Assembly (NCBI GenBank): GCA_030834985.1
Contig: JAUQWV010000001.1
Span: 192,680 to 256,679 of the forward strand
Direction of reading: 5' to 3'
DNA from: Candidatus Dojkabacteria bacterium
GTDB lineage: Bacteria > Patescibacteriota > Dojkabacteria > J137
DNA length: 64,000 bases
Shown here piece after piece: positions 9,214 to 19,428 of this stretch. Both the position numbers and the translations under genes were made by a program. The notes under the pieces are model-generated. The model was not told where the DNA came from. It made no database searches and was given only the letters and a program-made list of their open reading frames with translations. Within the stretch, counting starts at the first letter, position 1. Every line of letters starts with the position of its first letter.

Positions 9214-12200
9214 TTATAGAACTTTTCTCAGCCACTGTCCAGTGTAACTTTCTTCGGTCTTTGCAATTTCTTCAGGTGTACCTTCTGCGATAATATAGCC
9301 GCCTTTTTGGCCGCCTTCCGGTCCTAAATCTATTATCCAATCTGCAGTTTTTATTAAATCAAGATTATGTTCAATTACTAATACACTGTTTCCTTTAGCT
9401 ACAAGACCATGTAGAACTATTAAGAGTTTACGAACGTCTTCAAAATGTAATCCTGTAGTCGGTTCGTCTAATATATATAACGTTTTACCTGTTGATCTTT
9501 TTGATAGTTCAGAAGCAAGCTTAACTCTTTGTGATTCTCCCCCTGATAAAGTAGTTGCACCTTGACCAAGTCTAATATATCCAAGACCAACATCTTCTAA
9601 TGTTTTTAACTTACTTGAAATAGCTGTAATATTTTCAAAAAATTTAACACCTTCTTCTACTGTCATATCTAGTACTTCTGATATGTTCTTACCTTTGTAA
9701 TCAATTTGTAATGTTTCTCGATTATATCTATGGCCACCACAGACTTCACAAGTTACATAAACATCTGGCAAGAATTGCATTGAGATTTTAATTACACCAG
9801 CTCCTTCACATTTTTCACACCTTCCACCTTTTACGTTAAAGCTGAACCTTCCTGGTTTGTACCCTCTAACTTTAGCTTCTTTTGTTTGAGCAAAGATATC
9901 TCTAATTACATTAAATATTCCTGTATATGTTGCGGGATTAGACCGTGGAGTTCTACCAATTGGGGATTGATCTATATCTATAACTTTATCGATATTTTCA
10001 ATACCACGCATTTCACCATATTCACCTGGATTATCTTTTGCTCCATATAATTGTTTTGCTAAGGATTTATACAAAACATCATTAATTAAAGATGATTTAC
10101 CAGAGCCTGAAACACCAGTTACACATACAAATTTTCCTAATGGTATTTCTAAGTCGATTCCTTTTAAATTATGATGTGTTACATTTTTAACAACCAGTTT
10201 ACCTTTTCCATTTTTAGTTCCATTAGAGCCATTTAAAGCATTTAGCTTTTTAAGTTGGTTATAAATCAACTCTTTACTGATCCTTACCTGGCCACTTAAG
10301 TATTTACCTGTAATAGAATCTTTGGCAGCAATAATATCTTCAACATTACCTTCAGCGATTACCTGTCCGCCATGCTCACCAGCTCCGGGACCAATATCTA
10401 TAACATGGTCAGCTTTTCTTATAGTATCTTCATCGTGCTCTACAACAATAACAGTATTTCCTATCTCCTTTAGTTTTTCTAAAGTATTAATAAGTTTTTC
10501 GTTATCTCTTTGATGTAATCCGATTGAAGGTTCGTCTAACACATACAAAACACCTGTTAATCCGGTACCTATCTGACTTGCTAATCTGATTCTTTGTGAT
10601 TCACCGCCTGATAATGTTCTAGCAGTTCTATTAAGGGTTAGATAGTCTAATCCAACTGAAACTAAAAAGTTTAATCTGGTAGATATTTCTTTAAAGATTT
10701 GCTTTCCAATTTCTTTTTCAGATTCAGAAACATCATCTTCTGCTGGTTTTAGAGAGGTCAGATTAAATAACTCGTGTAAAGTGGATTTTTCTACAGTATC
10801 GCTGTCTTTAGCAGCTTCTTTAAAACCATTAATCCAATCTAAGCTTTGAGAGATCGACATGTTACCGACATCTACAATATTTAAGCCTCTAATTGTTACA
10901 GCTAGCGCTTCTTTCTTCAATCTATAACCCTTACATTCGTTACATTGGCGTTCAATCATATATTGTTCGATTTCGCCTTTAATGTAGTCTGAATCACTTT
11001 CATTATATCTTCGCATTAAGTTAGGGATTACACCTTCAAAATGAGTTTCAATTGACCTTTCCTGGCCATACATATTAGTGTACTTTACCTTGTATTCCTT
11101 ATTTCCTGTTCCATAAAGCACCATATTTAGCTTTTCAGGTTCCAATTCTCCTATAGGTGCCTTAAGTGAGATTTTTTCGGCGCTTGCCATAGCTTCTAGC
11201 AAGTTATAGCTGTAGGAATCTTCATTTTCGATAACACGAGCCCATGGGTAAATTCCGCCTTCAGCGATAGTTAATCGTGGATTATAGATATTTGATGGAT
11301 CAATCTCTTTAATACTACCTAACCCATTGCATACAGGGCAAGCGCCAAAAGGTGAATTAAAAGAGAACGAGTGCGGCTCAACTTCGGGAAATGATTGCCC
11401 AGTTTCTGGATCTACTAGCTTTTCAGAATAGAAAATATCACCATTACTTTCAACTTTGGCACCGGATTTAGCAAGCTGAAGGTCTTTTGCATCAACTAAA
11501 TTGATTAAAACTTCCCCATTTCCTAAGTTTAAAGATAATTCAATAGAATCTGTAACACGTTTTAGAAGCGCCTCGTCTGACTTAGAGTCTTTTTTAATAA
11601 CAAGTCTATCAACAACTAATTCAATATTATGTTTAACAAATTTATCTAGCTTAATGTCTTCTTCTAAAGAGTAGACTTGGCCATCAACTCTAACTCTTGC
11701 GTATCCTTGACTTAAAAATCTAGTAAAAAGCTCTTCATAGGTACCTTTTCTGGCTTTGATTAAAGGAGCTAAAACTAAGATTTTTATCTCTTTAGGTTCT
11801 GCAGTGTCCTTATTAAATTTCTCAAAATATGTAAAAATATCGTCAACAATCTGTTGAACTGTCTGTTTTTCTAGCCTTCTTCCTGTAACTGGACTGCGTG
11901 GGTGTCCAACTCTAGCATATAAAAGTCTTAGGTAGTCGTATATCTCTGTTACAGTACCTACCGTAGATCTAGGGTTGTGTCCTGTACTTTTTTGATCAAT
12001 AGAAATTGCAGGTGATAATCCTTCAATTGTGTCAACATCTGGCTTATCCATTAATCCTAAAAACTGTCTTGCATACGCAGATAAGCTTTCTACATACTTT
12101 CTTTGGCCTTCAGCATAAATAGTATCAAAAGCTAAAGATGATTTGCCAGAGCCCGAAAGGCCAGTAATTACGGTTAATTTATCTTTAGGAATATCTAAGT

Positions 12201-12252
12201 TAATGTTTTTTAAATTGTTGGTTCTTGCACCTCGAATTTTAATTTGCTCCAT
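9214..12252 (-). CDS. uvrA: Excinuclease ABC subunit A
   Basis: Two Walker A motifs ([16 protein letters not shown]), two LSGGE signatures, DEP motifs, Zn-finger CxxC pairs. Confidence 0.98.
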   Translation of the reverse strand: MEQIKIRGARTNNLKNINLDIPKDKLTVITGLSGSGKSSLAFDTIYAEGQRKYVESLSAYARQFLGLMDKPDVDTIEGLSPAISIDQKSTGHNPRSTVGTVTEIYDYLRLLYARVGHPRSPVTGRRLEKQTVQQIVDDIFTYFEKFNKDTAEPKEIKILVLAPLIKARKGTYEELFTRFLSQGYARVRVDGQVYSLEEDIKLDKFVKHNIELVVDRLVIKKDSKSDEALLKRVTDSIELSLNLGNGEVLINLVDAKDLQLAKSGAKVESNGDIFYSEKLVDPETGQSFPEVEPHSFSFNSPFGACPVCNGLGSIKEIDPSNIYNPRLTIAEGGIYPWARVIENEDSYSYNLLEAMASAEKISLKAPIGELEPEKLNMVLYGTGNKEYKVKYTNMYGQERSIETHFEGVIPNLMRRYNESDSDYIKGEIEQYMIERQCNECKGYRLKKEALAVTIRGLNIVDVGNMSISQSLDWINGFKEAAKDSDTVEKSTLHELFNLTSLKPAEDDVSESEKEIGKQIFKEISTRLNFLVSVGLDYLTLNRTARTLSGGESQRIRLASQIGTGLTGVLYVLDEPSIGLHQRDNEKLINTLEKLKEIGNTVIVVEHDEDTIRKADHVIDIGPGAGEHGGQVIAEGNVEDIIAAKDSITGKYLSGQVRISKELIYNQLKKLNALNGSNGTKNGKGKLVVKNVTHHNLKGIDLEIPLGKFVCVTGVSGSGKSSLINDVLYKSLAKQLYGAKDNPGEYGEMRGIENIDKVIDIDQSPIGRTPRSNPATYTGIFNVIRDIFAQTKEAKVRGYKPGRFSFNVKGGRCEKCEGAGVIKISMQFLPDVYVTCEVCGGHRYNRETLQIDYKGKNISEVLDMTVEEGVKFFENITAISSKLKTLEDVGLGYIRLGQGATTLSGGESQRVKLASELSKRSTGKTLYILDEPTTGLHFEDVRKLLIVLHGLVAKGNSVLVIEHNLDLIKTADWIIDLGPEGGQKGGYIIAEGTPEEIAKTEESYTGQWLRKVL

Positions 12253-12387
12253 TAGAATAGGGCTAAAAATAGTTAAACCTCTTATTATAACTCTAAAACC
12301 CTATTTTAAGTAGGTATACGGACTATAAGCCCTTTTGAGCACGCTTAAAATCAGATTAAATGTTAAAATATATCCTATATTATTTTT

Positions 12388-13485
12388 ATGGATTCAATTA
12401 ACAATACTAACAAGACAGTCTTTGTGGGCCTTTCGGGCGGAGTTGACTCTGCCGTATCTGCATGCCTTTTAAAAGAACAAGGCTATCACGTTGTCGGTAT
12501 TTTTATGAAAAATTGGTCTGGAGATGATTATGGCTTACAGGCGGATTGCCCTTGGGAAGTTGACCAAGCTGATGCAGAGGCCGTTTGCAAGACTATAGGC
12601 ATTGAATTTAGATCATTTAACTTTGAAAAAGAATATCGAGCAAAGGTTGTAGAATACTTTTTTAATGAATATCAAAAGGGTAGAACTCCAAATCCGGATG
12701 TAATGTGTAACAAAGAGATCAAATTTAAGCTATTTTTAGAAAAAGCTTTAGAAATGGGCGCAGATTATATTGCTACCGGTCATTATGCTATTAAACAGTA
12801 CGATGCTAAGGGCAATCCGCACTTATTCAAAGGAGCTGATTCAAATAAAGATCAGACATATTTTTTGTATAACTTAACAAGTGAACAGCTAAGTAGAACG
12901 CTGTTTCCTGTCGGCAATTTGGAAAAGTCTCAGGTCCGAAAGCTTGCACAACAATACAAATTGCCGAATGCCAACAAGCCAGATAGTCAAGGTATATGCT
13001 TTATAGGCGAAATTAATGTATTGAAATTTTTAATGAAAAGAATTCCTGAAAAGCCAGGAGATATTTTGGATATAGATACAAAAGCTAAAGTTGGTACTCA
13101 TAAAGGTATTTATTTTTATACAATTGGTCAAAGAGATGGCCTTGGAATTGGAGGGCAAATAGAACCTTATTATGTTGTAGATAAAGATATCGATAACAAT
13201 ATTCTGTATGTTGGACATGGGCGTGAACACCCTGCTATGCATAAAGCCGAAGTCCAATTAGAAAATTTACACTTAATCAATCCAAATTTAGAGCAAAATA
13301 TTTTACAAGATACAGATTTAAGCGCATCAGTTAGATATCGAAACCAGCCTAATCTTGGAAAGCTGATTAAAGATAATATGGAGTATAAGTTCATTTTTGA
13401 TAAACCTCAAAGAGCAATTACAAGTGGTCAAAGTCTTGTATTATATAGAGACTCAGAGTGCTTAGGTGGTGGCGTAATAGTGTAG
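12388..13485 (+). CDS. mnmA: tRNA 2-thiouridine(34) synthase
   Basis: SGGVDS, TPNPDVMCN, ATGHY, KDQTYFL, DSQGICFIG. Confidence 0.97.
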   Translation: MDSINNTNKTVFVGLSGGVDSAVSACLLKEQGYHVVGIFMKNWSGDDYGLQADCPWEVDQADAEAVCKTIGIEFRSFNFEKEYRAKVVEYFFNEYQKGRTPNPDVMCNKEIKFKLFLEKALEMGADYIATGHYAIKQYDAKGNPHLFKGADSNKDQTYFLYNLTSEQLSRTLFPVGNLEKSQVRKLAQQYKLPNANKPDSQGICFIGEINVLKFLMKRIPEKPGDILDIDTKAKVGTHKGIYFYTIGQRDGLGIGGQIEPYYVVDKDIDNNILYVGHGREHPAMHKAEVQLENLHLINPNLEQNILQDTDLSASVRYRNQPNLGKLIKDNMEYKFIFDKPQRAITSGQSLVLYRDSECLGGGVIV

Positions 13486-13496
13486 TTTTATTACTA

Positions 13497-14024
13497 CTAA
13501 TAAATTTCTGGGTTCTTAAAAGGAATTAAGGCCAAAATTACCGATACTTCGTAAAAAGATTCTCTTGTTAATAAGTCTTTTGTAAGAATACCGACTGCAC
13601 CATTCTGCTGTTTGGAGTTCTTCATTCCAAAGATTTTGTCATCAGCATCTCCCAACTCCAAACCGCCTCTAATAAGCTCAGCAACTTTAGGTGAAAGTAA
13701 GAATGTACCTGTTCTACTTTTACCCATATTTTCTTTCCCTTGAATTACTACCCAGGCAAAAGATGTCATTTCTGATCCATCATCAGAGATACCGCCTTCT
13801 ATCCCAACCCAAAAGTCTGCTTCTGGATATTGTTCTTTTGCAGCAAGGCTTCTATTATTAGCGCCATTAAAAGTTTCTTCATCCGTTTTAGGCTGGTCAG
13901 ACACACCGGAAGGAACAGAAACTCCTTCGATTTCAAACTCTTCATTAGGAAACATCTTTTTAAAACCGCCTAGTGCAGTATTTATCTTTACAGGGTTTTT
14001 TGAGGCAACAATTATCTTTTTCAT
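13497..14024 (-). CDS. yjjX: Inosine/xanthosine triphosphatase
   Basis: ASKNPVK, SGVSDQP, GANNR, GIEGG, ELG, GAVGILT. Confidence 0.92.
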   Translation of the reverse strand: MKKIIVASKNPVKINTALGGFKKMFPNEEFEIEGVSVPSGVSDQPKTDEETFNGANNRSLAAKEQYPEADFWVGIEGGISDDGSEMTSFAWVVIQGKENMGKSRTGTFLLSPKVAELIRGGLELGDADDKIFGMKNSKQQNGAVGILTKDLLTRESFYEVSVILALIPFKNPEIY

Positions 14025-14029
14025 ATTAA

Positions 14030-14470
14030 TTATGATTCTGAAGTAAGTAATTTTTTAAGTTCTTTTAAATATCCTATCATACTGCTTAGCTTATCCCAAT
14101 CACCTCCATCAATATTATTTTCTACTAATTGTCGAAATGCCGCTTCTAAATCTTCAGCTGAATTGGATTCTTCTATTTCAGAAATAGACGATGTGAACAT
14201 AACACCACTTACCGCCCACGAATACATTCCACTTAATTGAATTAAAATATCAACATCTTCTATACTAAGTGATAAAGTATCATCTAATATAGCCTTTATT
14301 TTCTGAATAATTATTGGTTTAAAGTACTCTTTGAAAACAACTCTAGTCTGTTCATTTTTGGCTAATTCACTAGCAGCTGAATAAAAAGTGTCGATGAATT
14401 CCTGCGAAGCCATAGCTTCTGCATTCAGCTGCTCAAGTTGCGACCTATCTATTTGGAGTGCATCTGTCAT
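14030..14470 (-). CDS. Hypothetical acidic protein
   Basis: 146-aa ORF with ATG, 5 bp upstream of yjjX, preceded by a promoter-like motif. Confidence 0.7.
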   Translation of the reverse strand: MTDALQIDRSQLEQLNAEAMASQEFIDTFYSAASELAKNEQTRVVFKEYFKPIIIQKIKAILDDTLSLSIEDVDILIQLSGMYSWAVSGVMFTSSISEIEESNSAEDLEAAFRQLVENNIDGGDWDKLSSMIGYLKELKKLLTSES

Positions 14471-14476
14471 ATATTG

Positions 14477-14485
14477 ACTTTATCA
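14477..14485 (-). promoter_or_regulatory. Extended -10 element TGATAAAGT, leaderless-type
   Basis: TGn-TAnnnT ends 6 nt before ATG 14470. Confidence 0.5.
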
Positions 14486-14526
14486 CATATAATAAATTTA
14501 TTTTAACAGACGTTTGTTGAATTTTT

Positions 14527-15855
14527 ATGTTCGTTTGCTCAAATTGTCAAAAAACTTACTTAAAGTGGCAGGGTCAATGCGATAACTGTAAGCTCTGGAA
14601 TACTTTAGTTGAAACAGAAAATACATTAAGTCCTAAATCTGCATTAAAAAAAGGAAAGTCTTTTTCAAAATCTGTAACTGATATTAAACCAGTACGACTA
14701 AGTGATCTTGAAAAGGATGCTAAGATAAGATCAAAAAAGGAAATAGCATTTACAACAGGCATATATGAATTTGACAATACTATTGGTGGCAGAATTGTTC
14801 CCGGCCAAGTATTTTTATTTTCAGGAGAACCAGGTGTAGGTAAAAGTACATTATCACTGCAAATTACAGAAACATTATCTAATCTGAATTTAAATATACT
14901 CTACGTATGTGGCGAGGAATCTCCGATTCAAATTAAACATAGAGCTGACCGCTTAAAACTAAAGTTAAGAAATGTAATGTTTTTACCTGATGTGAATATG
15001 GACAGCGTTGAAACTTACATTGTTTCGCACAGAGATAAAATCGATTGTATAATTGTTGATTCTATTCAAACAATGTTTGACCCTAACATTCTTGGAAGCT
15101 CTGGGAATGTAGCACAGATTTCTGAATGTACAAACAGAATTGTTAATTTAGCTAAAGGTTACAACATTGTTACTTTTATTATTGGACATGTTACTAAGTC
15201 CGGTGATATTGCAGGTCCTAAAATTATGGAGCATATGGTTGACACTGTTTTATATCTTGAAGGAGATAAACGCTATGAATTTAGGGTTTTAAGAGTTGAA
15301 AAAAATAGATATGGAAGCAGTGATGAAGTCGGTATTTTTAGAATGACTGCCGAAGGACTTGTTGAAGTTAAAGACACTAAAGATCTCTTTAATAAGAATA
15401 AGGAAGATGCAAGCGGCTCTGTTTATGCTCTTGTTATGGAAGGAACACGTCCTGTAGTTGTAGAAGTTCAAGCGCTTGCTACAAGGAGTTATTTCTCTAA
15501 TCCCCGCAGAACAACAAGTGGCTTTGATTTAAACAGACTTTATATAATCTTGGCGATTATTGATAAGAAGCTGCATTTACATACTGGCGAATTTGATATT
15601 TATGTGAATATAACTGGAGGTATAAAGATAACAGACCCTGGATTAGATTTAGCAGTAATGCAGGCAATAGTTTCTTCTGTTAAAGATACTATTGTTCCAA
15701 AAACAAACATCTATTTTGGTGAAGTTGGTCTTACTGGCGAAATCAGAAAAGTTTTTATGGAAGATAAGCGTTTAAAAGAAGCAAAAAGACTTGAGTTTAA
15801 AAATATATATTCTTCAAACAGCTATAAAAATATTCAACAGATAGCTAAAGATTAA
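14527..15855 (+). CDS. radA: DNA repair protein RadA/Sms
   Basis: C4 Zn finger, GEPGVGKST, VDSIQ, GHVTK, KNRYG, Lon-like C-terminus (GEVGLTGE). Confidence 0.97.
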   Translation: MFVCSNCQKTYLKWQGQCDNCKLWNTLVETENTLSPKSALKKGKSFSKSVTDIKPVRLSDLEKDAKIRSKKEIAFTTGIYEFDNTIGGRIVPGQVFLFSGEPGVGKSTLSLQITETLSNLNLNILYVCGEESPIQIKHRADRLKLKLRNVMFLPDVNMDSVETYIVSHRDKIDCIIVDSIQTMFDPNILGSSGNVAQISECTNRIVNLAKGYNIVTFIIGHVTKSGDIAGPKIMEHMVDTVLYLEGDKRYEFRVLRVEKNRYGSSDEVGIFRMTAEGLVEVKDTKDLFNKNKEDASGSVYALVMEGTRPVVVEVQALATRSYFSNPRRTTSGFDLNRLYIILAIIDKKLHLHTGEFDIYVNITGGIKITDPGLDLAVMQAIVSSVKDTIVPKTNIYFGEVGLTGEIRKVFMEDKRLKEAKRLEFKNIYSSNSYKNIQQIAKD

Positions 15856-15907
15856 AATCACAAAAATACTTGAAGTATGTTGGTACACTCCTATTATACT
15901 TTAAGTA

Positions 15908-16285
15908 ATGAAGATTCCTCTTTTTTTTAATACAATTAAGGCAGGATTCCCTAGCCCTGCAGAAGACTTTATAGAAGACAAGTTAAATCTAAATCACTTT
16001 TTAATTGAACACCCCGCAAGCACCTTTTTTGTAAAGGTTTCTGGCGACTCTATGATTAATGCGGGAATCCTGCCTGGCTCAATTTTAATTGTCGATAGAA
16101 GCTTAGATCCTCATAATAATTCTACTGTTGTTGCCGTTATCGATTCAGAATTCACAGTAAAAAGGTTAGGATATTTAAAGAATGAAAGGTATCTTTTTCC
16201 AGAAAATCCAAAGTATAAGCCGATAAAGTTAAAAGACTCGGATGAAATTTGGGGAGTAGTTACAGCTATTATTACACAACTATGA
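15908..16285 (+). CDS. umuD: Pol V accessory subunit UmuD (S24 peptidase)
   Basis: AGFPSPA cleavage site, GDSM Ser, TVKR Lys. Confidence 0.93.
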   Translation: MKIPLFFNTIKAGFPSPAEDFIEDKLNLNHFLIEHPASTFFVKVSGDSMINAGILPGSILIVDRSLDPHNNSTVVAVIDSEFTVKRLGYLKNERYLFPENPKYKPIKLKDSDEIWGVVTAIITQL

Positions 16286-17535
16286 TTGCATTGGTAGATT
16301 GTAATAACTTTTTTGCCTCGTGCGAAAGAGCTTTCAATCCTAAACTAAAAGATAAACCAGTAGTTATTTTATCTAGTAATGATGGCTGTGTAATTTCAAG
16401 ATCGAGTGAAGCTAAAAAATATATTCCAATGGGAGCTCCGGCTTATCAATATGAAGAAGAATTTAACAAACATGGTATTGCTGTTCTTTCTGCTAACTTT
16501 ACATTATATGCAGATATGTCGAATCGAATTAATAAAATAACGCGCCAATATGTTGCTGACATAGAAACTTATTCTATAGATGAGTCGTTTTTTAATTTAA
16601 AGGGGATTCCTGGAGATTATGTTGAGCGTTGCAGGGCTTTGCGCAAAGAAGTTCTAAAATCTACAGGAATCCCCGTATCAATAGGAATTGCCCCAACAAA
16701 AACACTAGCTAAGATTTGTAACCATTATGCAAAAGATAATAAAGATACGCAGGGAGTTTTTTTATGGAGCCACCTATCCAATAAAGACGAGTTTCTAAAA
16801 AAACTCCCTGTAGAACATGTATGGAACGTTGGCTACAAAATATCTAAACGATTAAACGAAAGCGGAATATATAACACCTATCAGCTAAAAACTGCTGATT
16901 ACACTTGGATCAGGAAAGCTTTTTCAGTAAATACACTTAGGACAGTAACTGAATTGAACGAAATTCCTTGTTTTGAGCTGGAGAATAGTAATGGTCCCAG
17001 AAGAAATATAATGAGTTCACAATCGTTTGGTAAATCGGTAACAACTCTTAATGAGTTAGAAGAAGCTGTTTCTACTTATACAACAAGAGCTTGGGATAAA
17101 TTAATGGAACAAAAGTCTGCTTGCGGATATGTAAGTGTTGGCATTAGAACAAGCTATCATAAAGATATGGGTTTTTATTCTAATTATTATACTCAGGCAT
17201 TAGAAGTTAGCACTTGGTACTTGCCTGATTTAATTGCAGCCGGATTAAAAGCATTAAAAAATATTTACAAACCCGGCTTTAACTATAAAAAGGCTTCTGT
17301 ATTTTTATTAGGAATCACTGCACGAGATCAAGTTAACTTAAATTTATTAAATACCGATTATAATTATAAGAAATATAATAAATTAATGAGTGTGGTTGAA
17401 AAGATTAATAATGAAAATGGTAGCGAATTTATAAAATATGCATCGGTGGGAATACAAAAGAAATGGAGAGCCAAGAGCGAAAAGCGTTCACAAGCTTATA
17501 CCACTAAGTGGAGTGAACTTCTTACAATTAATTAA
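16282..17535 (+). CDS. umuC: Y-family DNA polymerase V subunit UmuC
   Basis: ALVDCNNFFASCE, SNDGC, YSIDE, GIAPTKTLAK, C-terminal YTTKWSEL. ATG overlaps the umuD TGA (ATGA). Confidence 0.95.
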   Translation: MIALVDCNNFFASCERAFNPKLKDKPVVILSSNDGCVISRSSEAKKYIPMGAPAYQYEEEFNKHGIAVLSANFTLYADMSNRINKITRQYVADIETYSIDESFFNLKGIPGDYVERCRALRKEVLKSTGIPVSIGIAPTKTLAKICNHYAKDNKDTQGVFLWSHLSNKDEFLKKLPVEHVWNVGYKISKRLNESGIYNTYQLKTADYTWIRKAFSVNTLRTVTELNEIPCFELENSNGPRRNIMSSQSFGKSVTTLNELEEAVSTYTTRAWDKLMEQKSACGYVSVGIRTSYHKDMGFYSNYYTQALEVSTWYLPDLIAAGLKALKNIYKPGFNYKKASVFLLGITARDQVNLNLLNTDYNYKKYNKLMSVVEKINNENGSEFIKYASVGIQKKWRAKSEKRSQAYTTKWSELLTIN

Positions 17536-17540
17536 CAACT

Positions 17541-17570
17541 TTGTCTTATCAACTCTTATAGTGATAGAAT
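17541..17570 (+). promoter_or_regulatory. Sigma70-type promoter of tkt, leaderless-type
   Basis: TTGTCT (17541-17546), 18 nt, TAGAAT within TGATAGAAT (17562-17570), 6 nt before ATG 17577. Confidence 0.6.
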
Positions 17571-17576
17571 AACTTT

Positions 17577-19421
17577 ATGGATAATATTAAAAAGATTGAA
17601 GAGATTTCTAAATTAATACGTTACTACATTCTTTCTTCAACAACAGAAGCTACTTCTGGACATCCTACATCATCGTTATCTGCTGTTGAATTAATGGCAA
17701 CATTAATGTTTACTGGAATTTTCAGATATAAAATTGAAGATCCTGATTATTTAAATAATGATAGGCTAATTTTTTCTAAAGGACATGCTACACCACTTTA
17801 TTATGCGCTATGGGCAGTTGCTGGTGGAATAAATCCATCGGAGCTACAAAGTTTTCGCAAATTTAATAGTCCGCTTGAGGGACATCCAACTTCGAATTTT
17901 AAATTTGCGGATGCAGCTACTGGTTCATTAGGTCAAGGCTTAGGAGTTGGTGTAGGTTTAGCATTAAATGCAAAATATATAGATAAGTTACCTTATAAAA
18001 CATATGTGTTGATAGGTGACGGTGAAACAGAAGAAGGCAGCATCTGGGAATCAGTGAATATTGCAAGTCATTACAAACTAAATAATTTAGTAGCAGTTTT
18101 AGATGTTAATAGGCTTGAAGAAGTAGGCACAACAGTTTTGGAATGGGACTTGCAAACTTATAAAGCAAGATTTGAGAGCTTTGGGTGGCATACCATAGTA
18201 GTTGAAGATGGGCACAATATTGAACAAGTCGTAGCTGCATATTCAGATGCTACCAAGGTTGAAGATAAGCCAGTAATTATTATTGCCAAAACAGTTAAAG
18301 GGAAAGGAGTTAAGCATTGGGAAAATCAAATAGGCTGGCATGCTAAAGTTTTAAAGCCTGACGAGCTAGAAAAAGCTATCCCGGAGCTTGGTAAGATAGA
18401 TTTTAATCTTACAGGTGAAGTTGCTCATGCTGAAGAAGTTAGTATCGAAACAAAGCAAGAGGGCAGCTTTAATTGGACAAATTATAGTGAGAATGCAGTT
18501 ATTGCGCCAAGACAAGCCTATGGAAATGCTTTAGCTGCTCTAGCTGAAAAGTATCCTAATATGGTTGTACTTGATGCAGCACTTAAAAATTCCACTCATG
18601 CCAAAACATTTGCTGAAAAATACCCAGATAGATACTTCGAGATGTTTATTGCTGAACAAAATATGGTCAGTACTGCACAAGGATTAAGCCGTGTAAAAAA
18701 GATCCCGTTTATATCGACTTTTGCAGCTTTTTTTACAAGAGCGTTTGACCAAATTAGAATGAGTCAATATTTTGATTCAAATATAAAGTTTGTTGGATCG
18801 CATGTGGGAACATCAATCGGTATGGATGGCCCATCTCAAATGGGGCTTGAAGATATAGCTATGTTTAGGTCAATACAGAATTGTGCAATCTTATATCCGT
18901 CTGATGCGGTTTCTATGGAGCGTGCAGTATATTTAGCAGCCGAAACTCAAGGGAATGTTTATATTAGATCTACCCGACCTGAGGTGCCAATCTTGTATTC
19001 ATCAGAAGAAACTTTTAAGGTTGGAGGAAGCAAAATTGTTAGAGAAAGTGTTTATGACTCGCTAACTGTTGTAGGGGCTGGGGTAACTGTACATGAAGCT
19101 ATAAAAGCGTACGACGTCTTAAGGCAAAAAAATATAGTTATAAGAGTTGTAGATTTGTTCTCTATTAAGCCAATTGATTATGCAACACTAAATAAGTGTA
19201 TTCGAGAAACAAAAGCTATATTAGTAGTTGAGGATCATTATGCAGAAGGTGGCATTACTGAAGCAATAAGAACAGAATTAGCAAATGTAAAAACAAAAAT
19301 ATTTTCTTTAAGTATAAATAAAACTCCTCGAAGCGGTAAACCAGAAGAGCTTCTAGACTACGAAGAAATTTCTGCTAAACATATTGCTGCCAAAGTAACA
19401 GAGATACTTAACATGTTTTAA
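17577..19421 (+). CDS. tkt: Transketolase
   Basis: SGHPTS, SKGHA, GSLGQG, ThDP motif GDGE..N, IAEQNM, DGPSQMGLED. Confidence 0.95.
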   Translation: MDNIKKIEEISKLIRYYILSSTTEATSGHPTSSLSAVELMATLMFTGIFRYKIEDPDYLNNDRLIFSKGHATPLYYALWAVAGGINPSELQSFRKFNSPLEGHPTSNFKFADAATGSLGQGLGVGVGLALNAKYIDKLPYKTYVLIGDGETEEGSIWESVNIASHYKLNNLVAVLDVNRLEEVGTTVLEWDLQTYKARFESFGWHTIVVEDGHNIEQVVAAYSDATKVEDKPVIIIAKTVKGKGVKHWENQIGWHAKVLKPDELEKAIPELGKIDFNLTGEVAHAEEVSIETKQEGSFNWTNYSENAVIAPRQAYGNALAALAEKYPNMVVLDAALKNSTHAKTFAEKYPDRYFEMFIAEQNMVSTAQGLSRVKKIPFISTFAAFFTRAFDQIRMSQYFDSNIKFVGSHVGTSIGMDGPSQMGLEDIAMFRSIQNCAILYPSDAVSMERAVYLAAETQGNVYIRSTRPEVPILYSSEETFKVGGSKIVRESVYDSLTVVGAGVTVHEAIKAYDVLRQKNIVIRVVDLFSIKPIDYATLNKCIRETKAILVVEDHYAEGGITEAIRTELANVKTKIFSLSINKTPRSGKPEELLDYEEISAKHIAAKVTEILNMF

Positions 19422-19428
19422 TACTGAT

